A DNA stretch of 64,000 nucleotides from the NCBI RefSeq assembly GCF_009914755.1, contig NC_060945.1; one strand, written 5' to 3'. A model generated the notes under the pieces. That model did no database searches, had not been told where the DNA came from, and saw nothing but the letters and a program-made list of their open reading frames with translations. The translations under genes were made by a program, and so were the position numbers. Of this stretch, positions 1 to 12,245 are shown piece after piece; the stretch's first letter is position 1, and every line of letters begins with the position of its first letter. Origin of the DNA: the human T2T-CHM13v2.0 reference genome, Homo sapiens.

Positions 1-1591
1 ATGGCCTTAATGGGGGCATGTGGTTAATTGGAATTTTCAGTACCAAAAGTCGTCTTCTTACTAGTTTATCAGGGTACCTTATAATAGTATCCGTAACTCA
101 TTGCCCACTTGTCTGTTTTGATTTCTTTTTTAAAAAGACAATTTTAAACTTAGAGGATTTGTACCTCAAGTCACATATGCGGCACATTTATAAAATAATC
201 ATGCCTTTGCATATTTTTCCTTTGATATCTTAGCTATATATCCAAGCCATTTATGTTTTTTAATTGCCACAAATATTGCACTGAAATAGAGCACTAGTTG
301 CAAAAATGCCTGGTATAACATTTCTTCTTGTACTTGAAAGTTATTTTAATACCCCATGTTTAAGATATTCCTAGACAACTATATGTAACTATAATTATTT
401 CTGCTAGGTAGAAACATCTTTGTGGTCAACATTTGTGAAGTGCCTTGTAAATAAAAACATGCTTGAGTAGAAATAGTATTTTGCAAATATAGCCCTAAAT
501 AGAGCTACTGATTTTACCAAGAATTAAAGACTCCAAACTCTGTCTTTGTCTTTCAAATTTGGTTTATAGGAACATCTCATTACAATGAGCAAAAAGCCTA
601 TATGATCATTAATGAGATAATTTTGACACTTCTAAATGACACAGCTAATTTGTAGTAGGTTTTTGAAGTGCAAATTACATGTTTCTGTTTAAATAATGAC
701 AGTAAAATATAGACACTATGTATTCACACTCTATATACACAACTAACTCCAACTTGTCTCTAGAAGAAAAGTTTAATTTTTCAGGTCTCATCCATAAAAT
801 GAAGTGTTAATAAGCTGTATCTTTATTCTCACTTTTAAGTAATTTCTTCTTAACCATTGTATAACACTACTACAGTTTGTATGGAGATAAAATAACTCAT
901 TGTGAGAAATCCAGTTCTTTAAAGAAATGATTTTACCTTCAATCACTTTTAGGATATCTATGGTTTTAGAGTAAGGATGAAAATTTATAAACATTTGTTA
1001 AATTATGCAACTGTTTTTGAAGATGTTTCAAAATTACACTTTCCTTATTTTACAACTAGTTTTCATATATTCACAAATGAGACACATGAGAATTATTAAT
1101 GCAAAAGCATAGCATATCAATAAAGTTTATAATGTAAATAGTTTAGTTAGGAAAGAATGTAATGAGTGAATTATCAAAGCTATTTTATTGGTTCCTAGAT
1201 TTACCATAGAAGAAAATAAAGCAGCCTTATAAAAATTTCTCAGCACTGAGTCCATTTAAGGTCTATTTTGTATGCTGTAAGTTCTACAAAATGTTATTGC
1301 TGGTAAAAATAGGGTACATATCTAAAATTGTCTTTTTAAAGGTTCTTTCTTATTCTTCTTCCCTTCCTATGTGTGCACAGAATAATGTCATCGTCTTGAT
1401 TGGAACACTGTCTCTCTTTCTCAGAGGGTGTACATTTGTAGAAGGGAGAAAATATTTGTTAATTTTGCTTCCTATAAAATAAGGTCTCAATGGTTGAAGG
1501 TCAGTTAACAAACTTTTTTTTTGGTCTTCATACTATTATCTTGGAATTACCAACTGGCTTCTATTTAGATTTTGAATAATGAAAGAAAAGA

Positions 1592-1815
1592 ACTAGCATT
1601 TGTTAGAACTTACTGTGTTCCAGAAACTTTACTGATGCCATTTCTTCTCATTATCACATTCATTCTTTCAATTAGTATTATTTTTTTCCATCTTAATAAG
1701 GTGGGACCAGAGGTTTTGTAATATCCACTAACCCACTGTGGATTTCATGGCTTGCAAGAGGAAGAAAGCATGGTGGAACTCAGGTTTCTCGGATTCCAAA
1801 TTCACATCCTTTCAT
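1592..1815 (-). mobile_element. Degenerate MIR SINE
   Basis: Colinear but weak resemblance to antisense MIR: actagcatttgttagaacttactgtgttccag ... tattattttttccatctt ... gaactcaggtttctcggattccaaa. Boundaries approximate. Confidence 0.5.
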
Positions 1816-1900
1816 GTCTCCATGAAAAATAGAAAAGATAAATTGGGCTCTATTTTAACAAGAAAAACACAATTTTTCGTCATTTAAATGAATAATTCTT

Positions 1901-2021
1901 TTTTATTTTATTTTATTTTATTTTTATTATTATACTTTAAGTTTTAGGGTACATGTGCACATTGTGCAGATTAGTTACATATGTATACATGTGCCACGCT
2001 GGTGCGCTGCACCCAGATACC
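1901..2021 (-). mobile_element. Severely 5'-truncated young L1 (L1PA2/L1HS-like 3' end, ~120 bp)
   Basis: T-rich tail followed by the antisense L1 3'UTR end ttatactttaagttttagggtacatgtgcacattgtgcag...gctggtgcgctgcaccca. Exact 16-bp TSD taaatgaataattctt at 1885-1900 and 2022-2037. Target TCTT/AA fits the L1 endonuclease consensus. Confidence 0.93.
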
Positions 2022-2774
2022 TAAATGAATAATTCTTAAACCTCAAAAATAAAACGTAGCAAAACCTCAATTCAAGAGTAGACATAAAGGTTGTGACATG
2101 GGTAGCAGGGACATATGTCTAATGACATACATATTCTATGCATATCTGACCAAAAATCTCCCTCATGATTTTCAAATCAGATGCATAACTACATTTAATG
2201 AATTTCACGAATCATTAATATCAGGCTCTGAAAACAGGATCATTAAAAATGATTAAGATTTTCAACAACAAAGATCTTATCTAAATAGTAAGGAAATTAT
2301 ATTAGATGGCTCCATTCCCTGGGCAGTCTAATTAACAATTCAACTTGTTCAAAGCTATTAAATATGACAACTTAAAAAATTATGAAAGTTTTTCTAACTT
2401 TGTGCTTAAGATAGTTGGCCATTCTTCCTCTTGGGAAAAAGAAGCGCAGATTTTCTGTCGAAGCATTTTGCTATTGCTTTTCAATTTCCTTTTATGGAAA
2501 ATAGATAAAATAGCAATTTTTTAATTATAAATTTAAAGTCAAAATGGAGATAATTAAGTATCTCCATTAATTAAGTAAATATTATTTTTTTAAAAAATAG
2601 CATTTACTAAATTCTAATCTATCAATTGATTGACTATTTTTATCCCTGGCTCAATGTAACTCTCTTTGACATATTCTTGTCTTAATTCTAGTTTATGTCA
2701 ACAATGTGTAATCATAGATGACTCTTTGCCATTTTCATCTCTCAGTTCTATGAACACCTTTGATCTAACGATAA

Positions 2775-3472
2775 TGTTTTCCAAAAGAATTATTTCTACT
2801 CAAACTTCTGAGATCAAATTTGTAGATTTAGTCTCACCCCAATCAATTCTTCAACTCTCAGGACACCAAATGGTGTCCTACAATTCAATTCAATCCTGAG
2901 ACTATCTATCTGGAGATAACATCAGATCCCAAAAGTTCAGGGATCAGGCCCACAAGACTGACCCCCACCATTAGAGAGGAGTTGTCGGCCTCCCGTACTC
3001 CTGACCAACTGTCTATAAATTAGGACTTCCATGGATTCCTTCCCCAGGTTCTATAATTTGCTAAGATGGCGCACAGAACCCAAGAAAGCACTTTGCTTAC
3101 AGTTACTGTCTGATACAAATCAGGAACTGTCAAATAGAAGAGACACATAGGGCCAGGTATGGTGAAAAGGGGCACAAAGCTGCCATATGACCTCTAAGTA
3201 TATCACTGTATCACGCTCCCAGCACCTCAGAGGTGATGGAGGAGAGAGCTGACAGTTTCAACCATCTAGTTATGCCTTCATGTTTCTGATGTCCAGCACC
3301 CACCCTGAAGCTATACGGGTCTCCAGCCACCACTCATGTCATGTCAATAGCATAAACTCAGGTATGGCTAAGAGGGACTTATGACTAGTAAAGGATGGTC
3401 CTCTCATCTCTATCAGGAAATTACAAGTTTTAGGAGCTCTGTACTGTGAACTGGGGAGGAAGACCAAATAGG
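2775..3472 (-). mobile_element. MER21-family LTR
   Basis: Motifs ggacaccaaatggtgtcctacaattcaattcaat, cccacaagactg, ataatttgcta, caggaaattacaagttttaggagctctgt...aagaccaaata match antisense MER21 as recalled. Ends approximate. Confidence 0.75.
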
Positions 3473-3485
3473 ACATAGCCTAGAC

Positions 3486-3673
3486 CAGTTGTGCTAACTA
3501 CTGTGTGCCTCAAAATTGCCTACAGTTGTGTTACAATAAGAGATTGCTGAGACCTGCTATTGGAATTTCAGATTTGGTAGATCTGGGGGTGTAACCTGAG
3601 AATATGCAGTTCTAGTAAGTTCCCAGGTGATGCTGATGCTGCTAGCACAGGGACCACACTTCCAGACGGACTG
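3486..3673 (-). mobile_element. MER5A hAT-Charlie non-autonomous DNA transposon
   Basis: aagttcccaggtgatgctgatgctgct...gggaccacactt core; cag...ctg termini give ~188 bp, about consensus length. Confidence 0.85.
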
Positions 3674-3749
3674 AGTGAAACATCGTCGTTACTTATAATA
3701 GGAACTTCTCTGGAGTCACAATTTCATTCATCCCATTCTCTGAGCTCCT

Positions 3750-4330
3750 CCTTTAATCATTCCCTTTCATACGCTGACATAAAATTTTTCAATCTCTCTG
3801 AGACCTCCAAACTATTATTTTATCATATTCACAATGACCCTTACCTACTTGATGTACTCTATTTCCTGTTCTCCTGCCTAAATTCCATGGCCAACCATTC
3901 CCGGGAAACTTCAACTTCCTTGTTTCTCTTTCACTTTGCTGAATCTAACCAGGAAAATAACCCTGGTTAGATCCAAATTTCCACCAAATCCCCACATATA
4001 TTTGAGCAACTAGCTATATGGATCAAATTGAAAAATATCCCACTTGAAAATGAGAATCTCAGTGCTGCCTATCAATCAATCATACTACATATGTTCCAAT
4101 CTATTCACTCTCTAATTTACCTAGTTTTGTACCTTATCCTGTCTCTAATCCCTAACACTTCCCCAGAAATCCTCAATGTCTTTTTGGTTGTGCTTCCCTG
4201 AGAACATTGAATCATCCAAAGACAACTTCCACAGACTCCTGAAACCATTTAAACTCACTTTCCCATGTCTACACCCACATACTCTCCATTTTCACCTATT
4301 ATTATCTGTGAAATAACTGGCCCCTATCTG
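3750..4330 (+). mobile_element. Degenerate L2 LINE fragment
   Basis: C/T-rich segment with L2-like motifs in consensus order: aaccctggttagatccaa, tactacat...attcactctc, ctgagaacattgaa...aacttccaca. Boundaries approximate. Confidence 0.6.
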
Positions 4331-5243
4331 TATATTGTCTGATGATGATTTCTATATTACATGTGAAGAAAATGAGAATAGGGTTAGAGCTACTTTCTCA
4401 TTATAGCATAGCTTAGAATCAAATCCACGCAGTCCACCACTGAAACTGGGGTTCCAAGTCAGTGTATTTGGAGAAGGAGAGCTAGTAGAAAAATAAGGAT
4501 GAAAAGATCCAGGATGAAGATTCTGATGGAAGAAAAGGACATTTTTACTATTATGAACTCCTTGAAGTAGACCTTAAGCATTCTCATCTGGACAAATATC
4601 CATTCATCCACTCCAGTGAGCTGATTAAGTTTTAGGATTTTAAGGGTCAGTGAACACTTATTCCTCATTCAGCAGTTAAAGAAGGATTAATATGAATATT
4701 ATCTTGGAGAAGTTTCATTTAAAACATATTTGATTGATTTTTGGCAATTGTCTTCTATCAGATCTTTACCAATCCATATGAGTTGGTAGGAAGGGAGAAA
4801 ACACAAAATTTAATCAGATGCCTGAAGTTAGGGAACATTTTATAACCAACTCAGGGGGAAAAATGCTCAAAAGGGGAAAGATGAGGACAGAAAATACATT
4901 TCAAAGATTTTAACTTTTTGACAAAATGTCAATTCTATGCAAGAAAAACTGATTGTGTGAATATAACTTTGTCATTTACATCTGCCAATGTGTTCAGAAA
5001 TATACAACCTATATTTTTTTAATAGTAGTTTGTTAACACAAAATGTATTCATCAAAATATCTAAAACATTCTAAAAATACTAAAAATTTTCAATTTAAAG
5101 ATTAAGCTAAACAGCTCTGTATATATAAGTAAGCTCAAACAAACGTGCATGCTCCCCAACAATGACACTGCTACAGATATTGACTGGTGGTTTTGGTTTC
5201 ATTTCATTTTATAATGGCAAATCTGGTTAAGACCCAGATTCTG

Positions 5244-5538
5244 GGCTGGGCGCAGTGGCTCACGTCTGTGATCCCAGCACTTTGGGAGGCTGAGGCAGGC
5301 AAATCACAAGGTCAACAGATCGGGACCATCCTGGCCAACATGGTGAAACCCCATCTCTACTAAAAAAAATACAAAAATTAGCTGGGCATGGTGGCACGTG
5401 CCTGTAGTCCCAGTTACTTGGGAGGCTGAGGCAGGAGAATCACTTGGACCTGGGAGGCAGAGGTTGCATGAGCCGAGACTGTGCCACTGTACTCCAGCCT
5501 GGTAACAGAGAGATACTCCATCTCAAAACAAAACAAAA
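5244..5538 (+). mobile_element. Full-length Alu, AluSc-like
   Basis: Dimeric Alu with A-rich linker and (AAAAC)n tail. Sc-type positions: ggtcaacagatcgggaccatcctggccaac and cctggtaacagag. TSD cccagattctg at 5233-5243 and 5540-5550. Confidence 0.95.
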
Positions 5539-5575
5539 CCCCAGATTCTGAACTGACTCTCACAATAAGGATCTC

Positions 5576-7372
5576 AATTGCTTCAAAGAGAATAAAATAC
5601 CTAGAAATCCAACTTACAAGGGATGTGAAGGACCACTTCAAGGAGAACTACAAACCACTGCTCAATGAAATAAGATACAAACAAATGTAAGAACCTTCCA
5701 TGCTCATGGGTAGGAAGAATCAATATTGTGAAAATGGCCATACTGCCCAAGGTAATTTATAGATTCAATGCCATCCCCATCAAGCTACCAATGACTTTCT
5801 TCACAGAATTGGAAAAAACTACTTTAAACTTCATACGGAACCAAAAAAGAGCCTGGATTGCCAAGTCAATCCTAAGCCAAGAGAACAAAGCTGGAGGTAC
5901 CACGCTGCCTGACTTCAAACTATACTACAAGGTTACAGTGACCAAAACAGCATGGTACTGGTACCAAAAGAGAGATAGAGGCCAATGGAACAGAACATAG
6001 CCCTCAGAAATAATGCCACATGTCTACAGCTATCTGATCGTTGACAAACCTGACAGAAACAAGAACTAGGGAAAGGATTCCCTATTTAATAACTGGTGCT
6101 GGGAAAACTAGCTAGCCATATGGATCCCTTCCTTACACCTTACACCTTATACAAAAATTAATTCAAGATGGATTAAAGATTTACATGTTAGACCTAAAAC
6201 CATAAAAACCCTGGAACAAAACTAGGCAATACTATTCAGGACATAGGCATGGGCAGGGACTTCATGTCTAAAACACCAAAAGCAATGGCAACAAAAGCCA
6301 AAATTGACAAATGGGATCTAATTAAACTAAAGAGCTTCTGCACAGCAAAAGAAACCACCATCAGAGTGAACAGGCAGCCTACAGAATGGGAGAAAAGTTT
6401 TGCAATCTACTCACCTGACAAAGGGCAAATATCCAGCATCTACAATGAACTCCAACAAATTTACAAGAAAAAAGCAACCCCATCAAAAAGTGGGAGAAGG
6501 ATATGAACAGACACTTCTCAAAAGAAGACATTTATGCAGCCAAAAAACACATGAAAAAATGCTCACCATCACTGCCTATCAGAGAAATGCAAATCAAAAC
6601 GACAATGAGATACCATCTCCCACCAGTTAGAATGGCAGTCATTAAAATGTCAGGAGACAACAGGTACTGGAGAGGATGTGGAGAAATAGGAACACTTTTA
6701 CACTGTTGATGGGACTGTAAACTAGTTCAAACATCGTGAAAGTCGGTGTGGGGATTCCTCAGGGATCTAGAACTAGAAATACCATTTGACCCAGCCATCC
6801 CATTACTGGGTATATACCCAAAGGATTATAAATCATGCTGCTCTAAAAACACATGCACACGTATGTTTATTGTGACACTATTCACAATAGCAAAGACTTG
6901 GAGCCAACCCAAATGTCCAAAAATGATAGACTGGATTAAGAAAATGTGGCACATATACACCATGGAATCCTATGCAGCCATAAAAAATGATGAGTTCATG
7001 TCCTTTGTAGGGACATGGATGAAGCTGGAAACCATCATTCTCAGCAAACTATCACAAGGACAAAAACCAAACACCACATGTTCTCACTCATAGGTGGGAA
7101 TTGAACAATGAGAACACATGGACACAGGAAGGGTAACATCACACAATGGGGACTGTTGTGGGGTGGGGGGAGGGGGGAGGAATTGCATTAGAAGATATAC
7201 CTAATGTTAAATGATGAGTTAATGGGTGCAGCACAACAACATGGCACATGTATACATATGTAACAAACCTGCACGTTCTGCACATGTACCCTAAAACTTA
7301 ATGTATAATAATGATAATTAAAAAAAGAAATGAAAACATATGTCCACACACACACAAAAAAAAGAAAAAAAC
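5576..7372 (+). mobile_element. 5'-truncated L1PA (about PA4/PA5): disrupted ORF2 C-terminus, 3'UTR, poly-A and extra 3' segment
   Basis: ORF fragments 5728-6000, 6249-6506, 6503-6709 and 6746-7093 translate to L1 ORF2p C-terminal sequence with stops and frameshifts. G-rich 3'UTR tract near 7160. TSD taaggatctcaa at 5566-5577 and 7373-7384. Confidence 0.95.
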
Positions 7373-9000
7373 TAAGGATCTCAAAGAGGTCAATATGTAT
7401 ATAATCTATTCTTAAAGAAAAATTTTCTCCAATTGTTTATTGAAATATCACACAGGCTCTGACTTTGTTTATATCCTTAAAAAGTATGTAGATTTATTTG
7501 TAGCTTTTGTAAAGTGAAAGCTCAGAATGTCTACTCTGTTCTGGTACCACTTTAGTTTAATTGTTGGAAAATATTTAATAAAAATGAATTACTCAACAAA
7601 TGGAAAATTTGAATTTGCATACTAAATTTTTACTTCATATTATCAACTCTTGAAAAATAAGTGTGTATATTAGAAATGACACTCATTTGACTATACCATA
7701 ATATATTTCAGACTTTTTGTCTTCAGCTACAGAATTTCTCCATCCTTTGAATTATGTTAGCGGGCTTTAGTTGGCCAGTATTGGTGATTCGCCTCCACTA
7801 ATTCACAACTCTATTATTTTACCCCTGGGGATGCATTTCCATAGTTCTGCCTTGTTATGAGTGTCATTTTTTTCTTCTGTTTTGTTGACTGCCATTCAAA
7901 TAGTTTTGGCTTTATCAGAGATTTTCACTTTATTGTTTGTCACCCCCTCATTTTTTTAGCTTCTCATAATTTACTGTATTATATCTGCCTGGGCTTTTGG
8001 TTCCTTTACAGATGTGTTTCACTTTATTTTTAGCTTATGATACTTCTAAATCTGTACCCTTTTAATTTTCACTTGCTTCATCGTCACATTCTTGTGTGTT
8101 GTTTTCATTTCAAAATACCAGAAAGTAGGATGTCTCAGCATCTTGGTGAGTGGAATAGTTTATTTATAATCCAAAAAAACTCCATACTTTTTGTGAGCTA
8201 TCTGCTTCTAAGTAAAAATTTTATATATAAATTCTTGAAAAAAAATCTTAAACTTCTAAGGGATTGAATGAGATTTTAAAAAACATTCTATACAACAATG
8301 GGTGCAAAATTTGTATTCCTCTACTCAAGAGAAATAATGAACATTTGTTATTAGTTTACTAACATCTAAATGTTAATGTATTCAATTATATATTATTAAA
8401 ACACGATTAAGCTTAATAGGTGGAAAAGTATAAAACAAACAAGTGTATAATTTACCTTTATTAATATGAAACATCTTTTTCTCTCCTGAAAATAAAGATT
8501 AACCAGTGGTGTGCTGGGGCGGGAGGGGGTGTGTTGGAGGAAGAAAAGGTATGATTTGCCAATTTAAGCACAAAACTGAAAATGCTTATTAACCTTTACT
8601 AGCTCCAGATATCTTTTAACATATATTGAAATTTATGACCCTTAAAAAGAAAACATATATAGAGATTTTGACAAAACTTTGCAGTTCCACTCATGGATCC
8701 TTGTATAAGAATCCCTTTTATATGTGTGTTTGCAATTTAAAGAGTTCAGACTTTATGATTCACAGGTGACAATTAATGATTTAAAATCAACACTTAGGCT
8801 TTTATAATTTGGGAGTCAGGTGTTTAACTGTTGTAGTATAACTGCTTCTTCTCAGAGAAACTTAGGAACTAAGACCAGGGAAATGTCCCTTGGTGTGCAA
8901 CACACCTCTTCTTTCTGAACATGTCGTATAAGAAGCTAACTTTGTCTCAAAGTTTATATGACTTTTGCATTTGCAGTTACTAGCTATTTTCTTTTGGAAC

Positions 9001-9708
9001 TGTAGGACTTGGAGAACTTTCCCTCTACCCTCTGAAGGTATGATAACTGAGTCTATGAAATAAATGGATAACAGGCATGTCAAAAGAAGAAAAGGTATAC
9101 ACATTTATTACACGCATGGGGGAATCACAGGAAAGAAAAGTGGAATCAAAAACAAAACAAAACAAAACAAACAAAACACCACCAAGAAAAAACCCCAGTG
9201 AGATTTAGGAGCATATAGGGAAGGCAGGAGGAAGAATGTAGGAAACTTAGGGGAGAGCAAATGACTTTTGGGAAAGATGACCAGACCCTTAGGAGAATAG
9301 ATGATAGTTTGTGGCAGTCTGTCTTGGTGTGGTATGGACCCTTAGTCTTGTCTCCTGTGATATAAGGAGTCAATTTTCCCTGGCTGATGCAACTCCTAGG
9401 AAGGAGATGAATGTCTTTGTGCTCACAAGACAGTATCTTGAAGCTTTGTTTTCCAGTTCAGTTCTAAATCTTCAGTGTATAAAAATCTCCTCATCATGCT
9501 TTGGATGTTATGGTAGATAAATGGTATCTTTACAAAGATACATTCATTCTGGTATTGAAAGTTCCTTTTGGAGGATCTCTCTTGAGGAACGTAAAGGGAG
9601 TGCAGAGAAAGCACGTCCCGCATTTGTTGTTTTTCAAATATTTTCAGTTCAATGTAATCAGTACACCAAAGTAATCCATTCAGGACTGGCATTTCCTGAA
9701 CACCTTCA
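9001..9708 (-). mobile_element. ERV1-class solo LTR, MER34/MER39-like
   Basis: TG...CA termini; 4-bp TSD gaac at 8997-9000 and 9709-9712; minus-strand start tgaaggtgttcaggaaatgcca...actttggtgtactgatta resembles the MER34-group 5' end. Confidence 0.8.
9148..9177 (+). repeat. (AAAAC)n microsatellite inside the LTR
   Basis: aaaaacaaaacaaaacaaaacaaacaaaac read directly. Confidence 0.85.
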
Positions 9709-10311
9709 GAACTCTTTTTGATCCCATGTTATTTCTATGAGATCACGTGATTTAAGACCAACTTTTACTTGCCACTTACACATATATTGAAAAGGCAAAC
9801 TTTCCTTTCATAGTTTGCTAATTTTGGCAAAGTACTTTAACAAAAGTTAAATTAAATGAGTAAGTGAAATTTTCTGTTCTATTGTTTTGAAAACAATTCT
9901 AGAAGCTGTCCTTGTAAGAACAGCAAAAAGAGAAAAAGATAATTCTCAACTGCTATTTCAACCATTCTTTGCTTAACAATGAATCTAATTAAAAGGCAAA
10001 ACTCTCTATTTCAGGTTTATATGTGTCAATTGCTTGATTAGAAAGTAAATTATTTACCACATATAATCTGGTGTCAAAAAACTTATAATAAAATTACTTT
10101 GATTTTATTGCATATAAGTTTGTGAATTTAAATCTCAACTGACAGTGATGAATTTATTTGCTTTGTGCTGACAAGGCAGTATCTTGAAGTTTTGTTTTCC
10201 AACTCAGTTCTAAATCTACAGTGTATCAAAATCTCCTCGTTATGCTTTGGGTGTTATGGTACATAAATGGTATCTTCACAAAGATACATTCATTCTGGTA
10301 CTGAAAGTGCC
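9415..10311 (+). repeat. 151-bp direct repeat pair (9415-9565 and 10161-10311)
   Basis: Ungapped manual alignment, about 14 mismatches, offset 746 bp. Confidence 0.92.
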
Positions 10312-11651
10312 TACTTAAAATTCTGCATGAACAGTTTTATTGAAAAAATATGTAGACAAGCCATTAATTATACACAGTGATTTGGAACAAATTCTTACAA
10401 GAAGCATAGCGTGTCTTCCATTAACTGTATACAATTTATAAAAAGTTACTGAAAGTCTTCCTGAAGTTAAACAATAAATCTTTTAAATTTAACCACTGTG
10501 CTCCCTCAAAGGTAATTTTTTCTTTATGACACTCACTTAGGGGATACAGTCAGATCTCAGCCTACTTTAAACAATTAGGCAGTATTTTTAGTGCACTTTT
10601 CTGTTTGTTAAAAAGCTAGTTGTCAAGAATAAGTTGCTCATATATCTTCCTCAATTACTTTTTATTTTGTTTTGTAATTATTATTCTATTTTGGTTTTCC
10701 TTTAGAATTGTGAAATATCTTGAATCAGAAATTGCAGAGAATATATAAATGAGTAAGAATGCACTCTGCAATCAAACTAGATCTCGAAAGTGTTTTGTTG
10801 TAGTTTATACCTTGAATTCGAAGGCCATTCTATACAAGGCACTTGAAAAATTTTCAAGCTCATATATTTCATAATAGTACAGAATTTATTGTTCTTTTAT
10901 TTGCAAGGAGATAGACCAGATAAAATGTCACTTTATTTTTTACAATGTTGACTTTGATATTCTAAACTTGTCAGTTTATACAGATTAATGAAGACTCCAT
11001 ACATGTAAAATTCACTATATATTTTTTTCTGGTATGAGAGTCTAAACAAATAGTAACAACATACCCAAACAGGTAAAGTAAAAATATACAATAGCTTGAC
11101 AAAAAAAAAGAAGAAAAAATAAACCCCTATACATTCCTTAACATTTAAATCTTTGAGGACCAAATTGGATTCAAAAGAAACATTTCTGGTGGGCAGGGAA
11201 AGGGCTAAAAATCTAAAGTATATAATAAGTAAATTCCTCATTGGTATAAAATATATGACCAGCATGACATTTCAATACATGTTCAAGTTTTCTGAAAAAA
11301 GTTCTAGGATAATAGGATTTCAACTTTTGATTCTACAGATATCATTCTTGTGATTGGTATGGGAGAATCATCCTCTTCATGTATTAGTGGATTCAAATGA
11401 AAAAAAATCAGGCAGCTAGTTCCTTTCCAAGAAGCCTTAGAGATTGTTGTACATAAAAATAGCCATATTTCTGATTCAAATTTTAATTAGAGAATTCTCT
11501 TTATTCCCTCTTCGGCATAAAATTATGCACTGGCACTCTGCTCTGCAGACAAGTAAAACTTCTTATCTGTCATAATTTGAGATACCCAAGACTCAGAAGA
11601 TATTATCTCCTAGCTGAAAGTCCCCAAAAACTTCTCAAGACAAAAAAAAAC

Positions 11652-11897
11652 AAAAAGTTAAATACACAGAGATAGAGTATAAAACAGTGGTTACCAGGGG
11701 CTGGGGGTGAGAAGAGAAAATGGAGAGAGAGAATTCAAAGGATGCAAAGTTGCAGATATGTAGAATTAACAAGTTGAGGGATCTAATATACAACATGAGG
11801 ACTGTAGGTATTAATATTTATTGTATATGGCATTTAACTAAAAGGGTAGTTTGTAGGTACTCTTTCCTCACACACATATCCAAAAGAAAGGTAACTG
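11652..11897 (+). mobile_element. Old L1MA-type 3'UTR fragment
   Basis: gtggttaccaggggctggg...aaaggatgcaaagttgcagatatgtag...gatctaatatacaacatgaggact...ggtaact. Exact subfamily uncertain. Confidence 0.75.
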
Positions 11898-11899
11898 AG

Positions 11900-12245
11900 A
11901 TTTTCAAAGGGAATGCTTCCAGGTTTTGCCCATTCAGTATGATATTGGCTGTGGGTTTGACATAAATAGCTCTTATTATTTTGAGATACATCCCATCAAT
12001 ATCTAATTTATTGAGAGTTTTTAGCACGAAGGTTGTTGAATTTTGTCAAAGGGCTTTTCTGCATCTATTGACATAATCATGTAGTTTTTGACGTTGGTTC
12101 TGTTTGTATGATGGATTATGTGTATTGATTTGTGTATGTTGAACCAGCCTTGCATCCCAGGGATGCAGCCCATTTGATCATGGTGGATAAGCTTTTTGAT
12201 TTGCTGCTGGATTCGGTTTGGTAGTATTTTATTGAGGATTTCGCA
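11900..12245 (-). mobile_element. L1PA ORF2 (reverse transcriptase region) internal fragment, cut by the satellite
   Basis: Minus-strand translations [35 protein letters not shown] and [21 protein letters not shown] are L1 ORF2p RT-domain sequence. Confidence 0.95.

Noticed and set aside
18-4668. Short ORFs of 63-77 aa in AT-rich DNA
   Set aside because: Lengths expected by chance and no recognisable protein similarity.
5728-7093. L1 ORF2 pieces as functional CDS
   Set aside because: 5'-truncated element with stops, frameshifts and small deletions.
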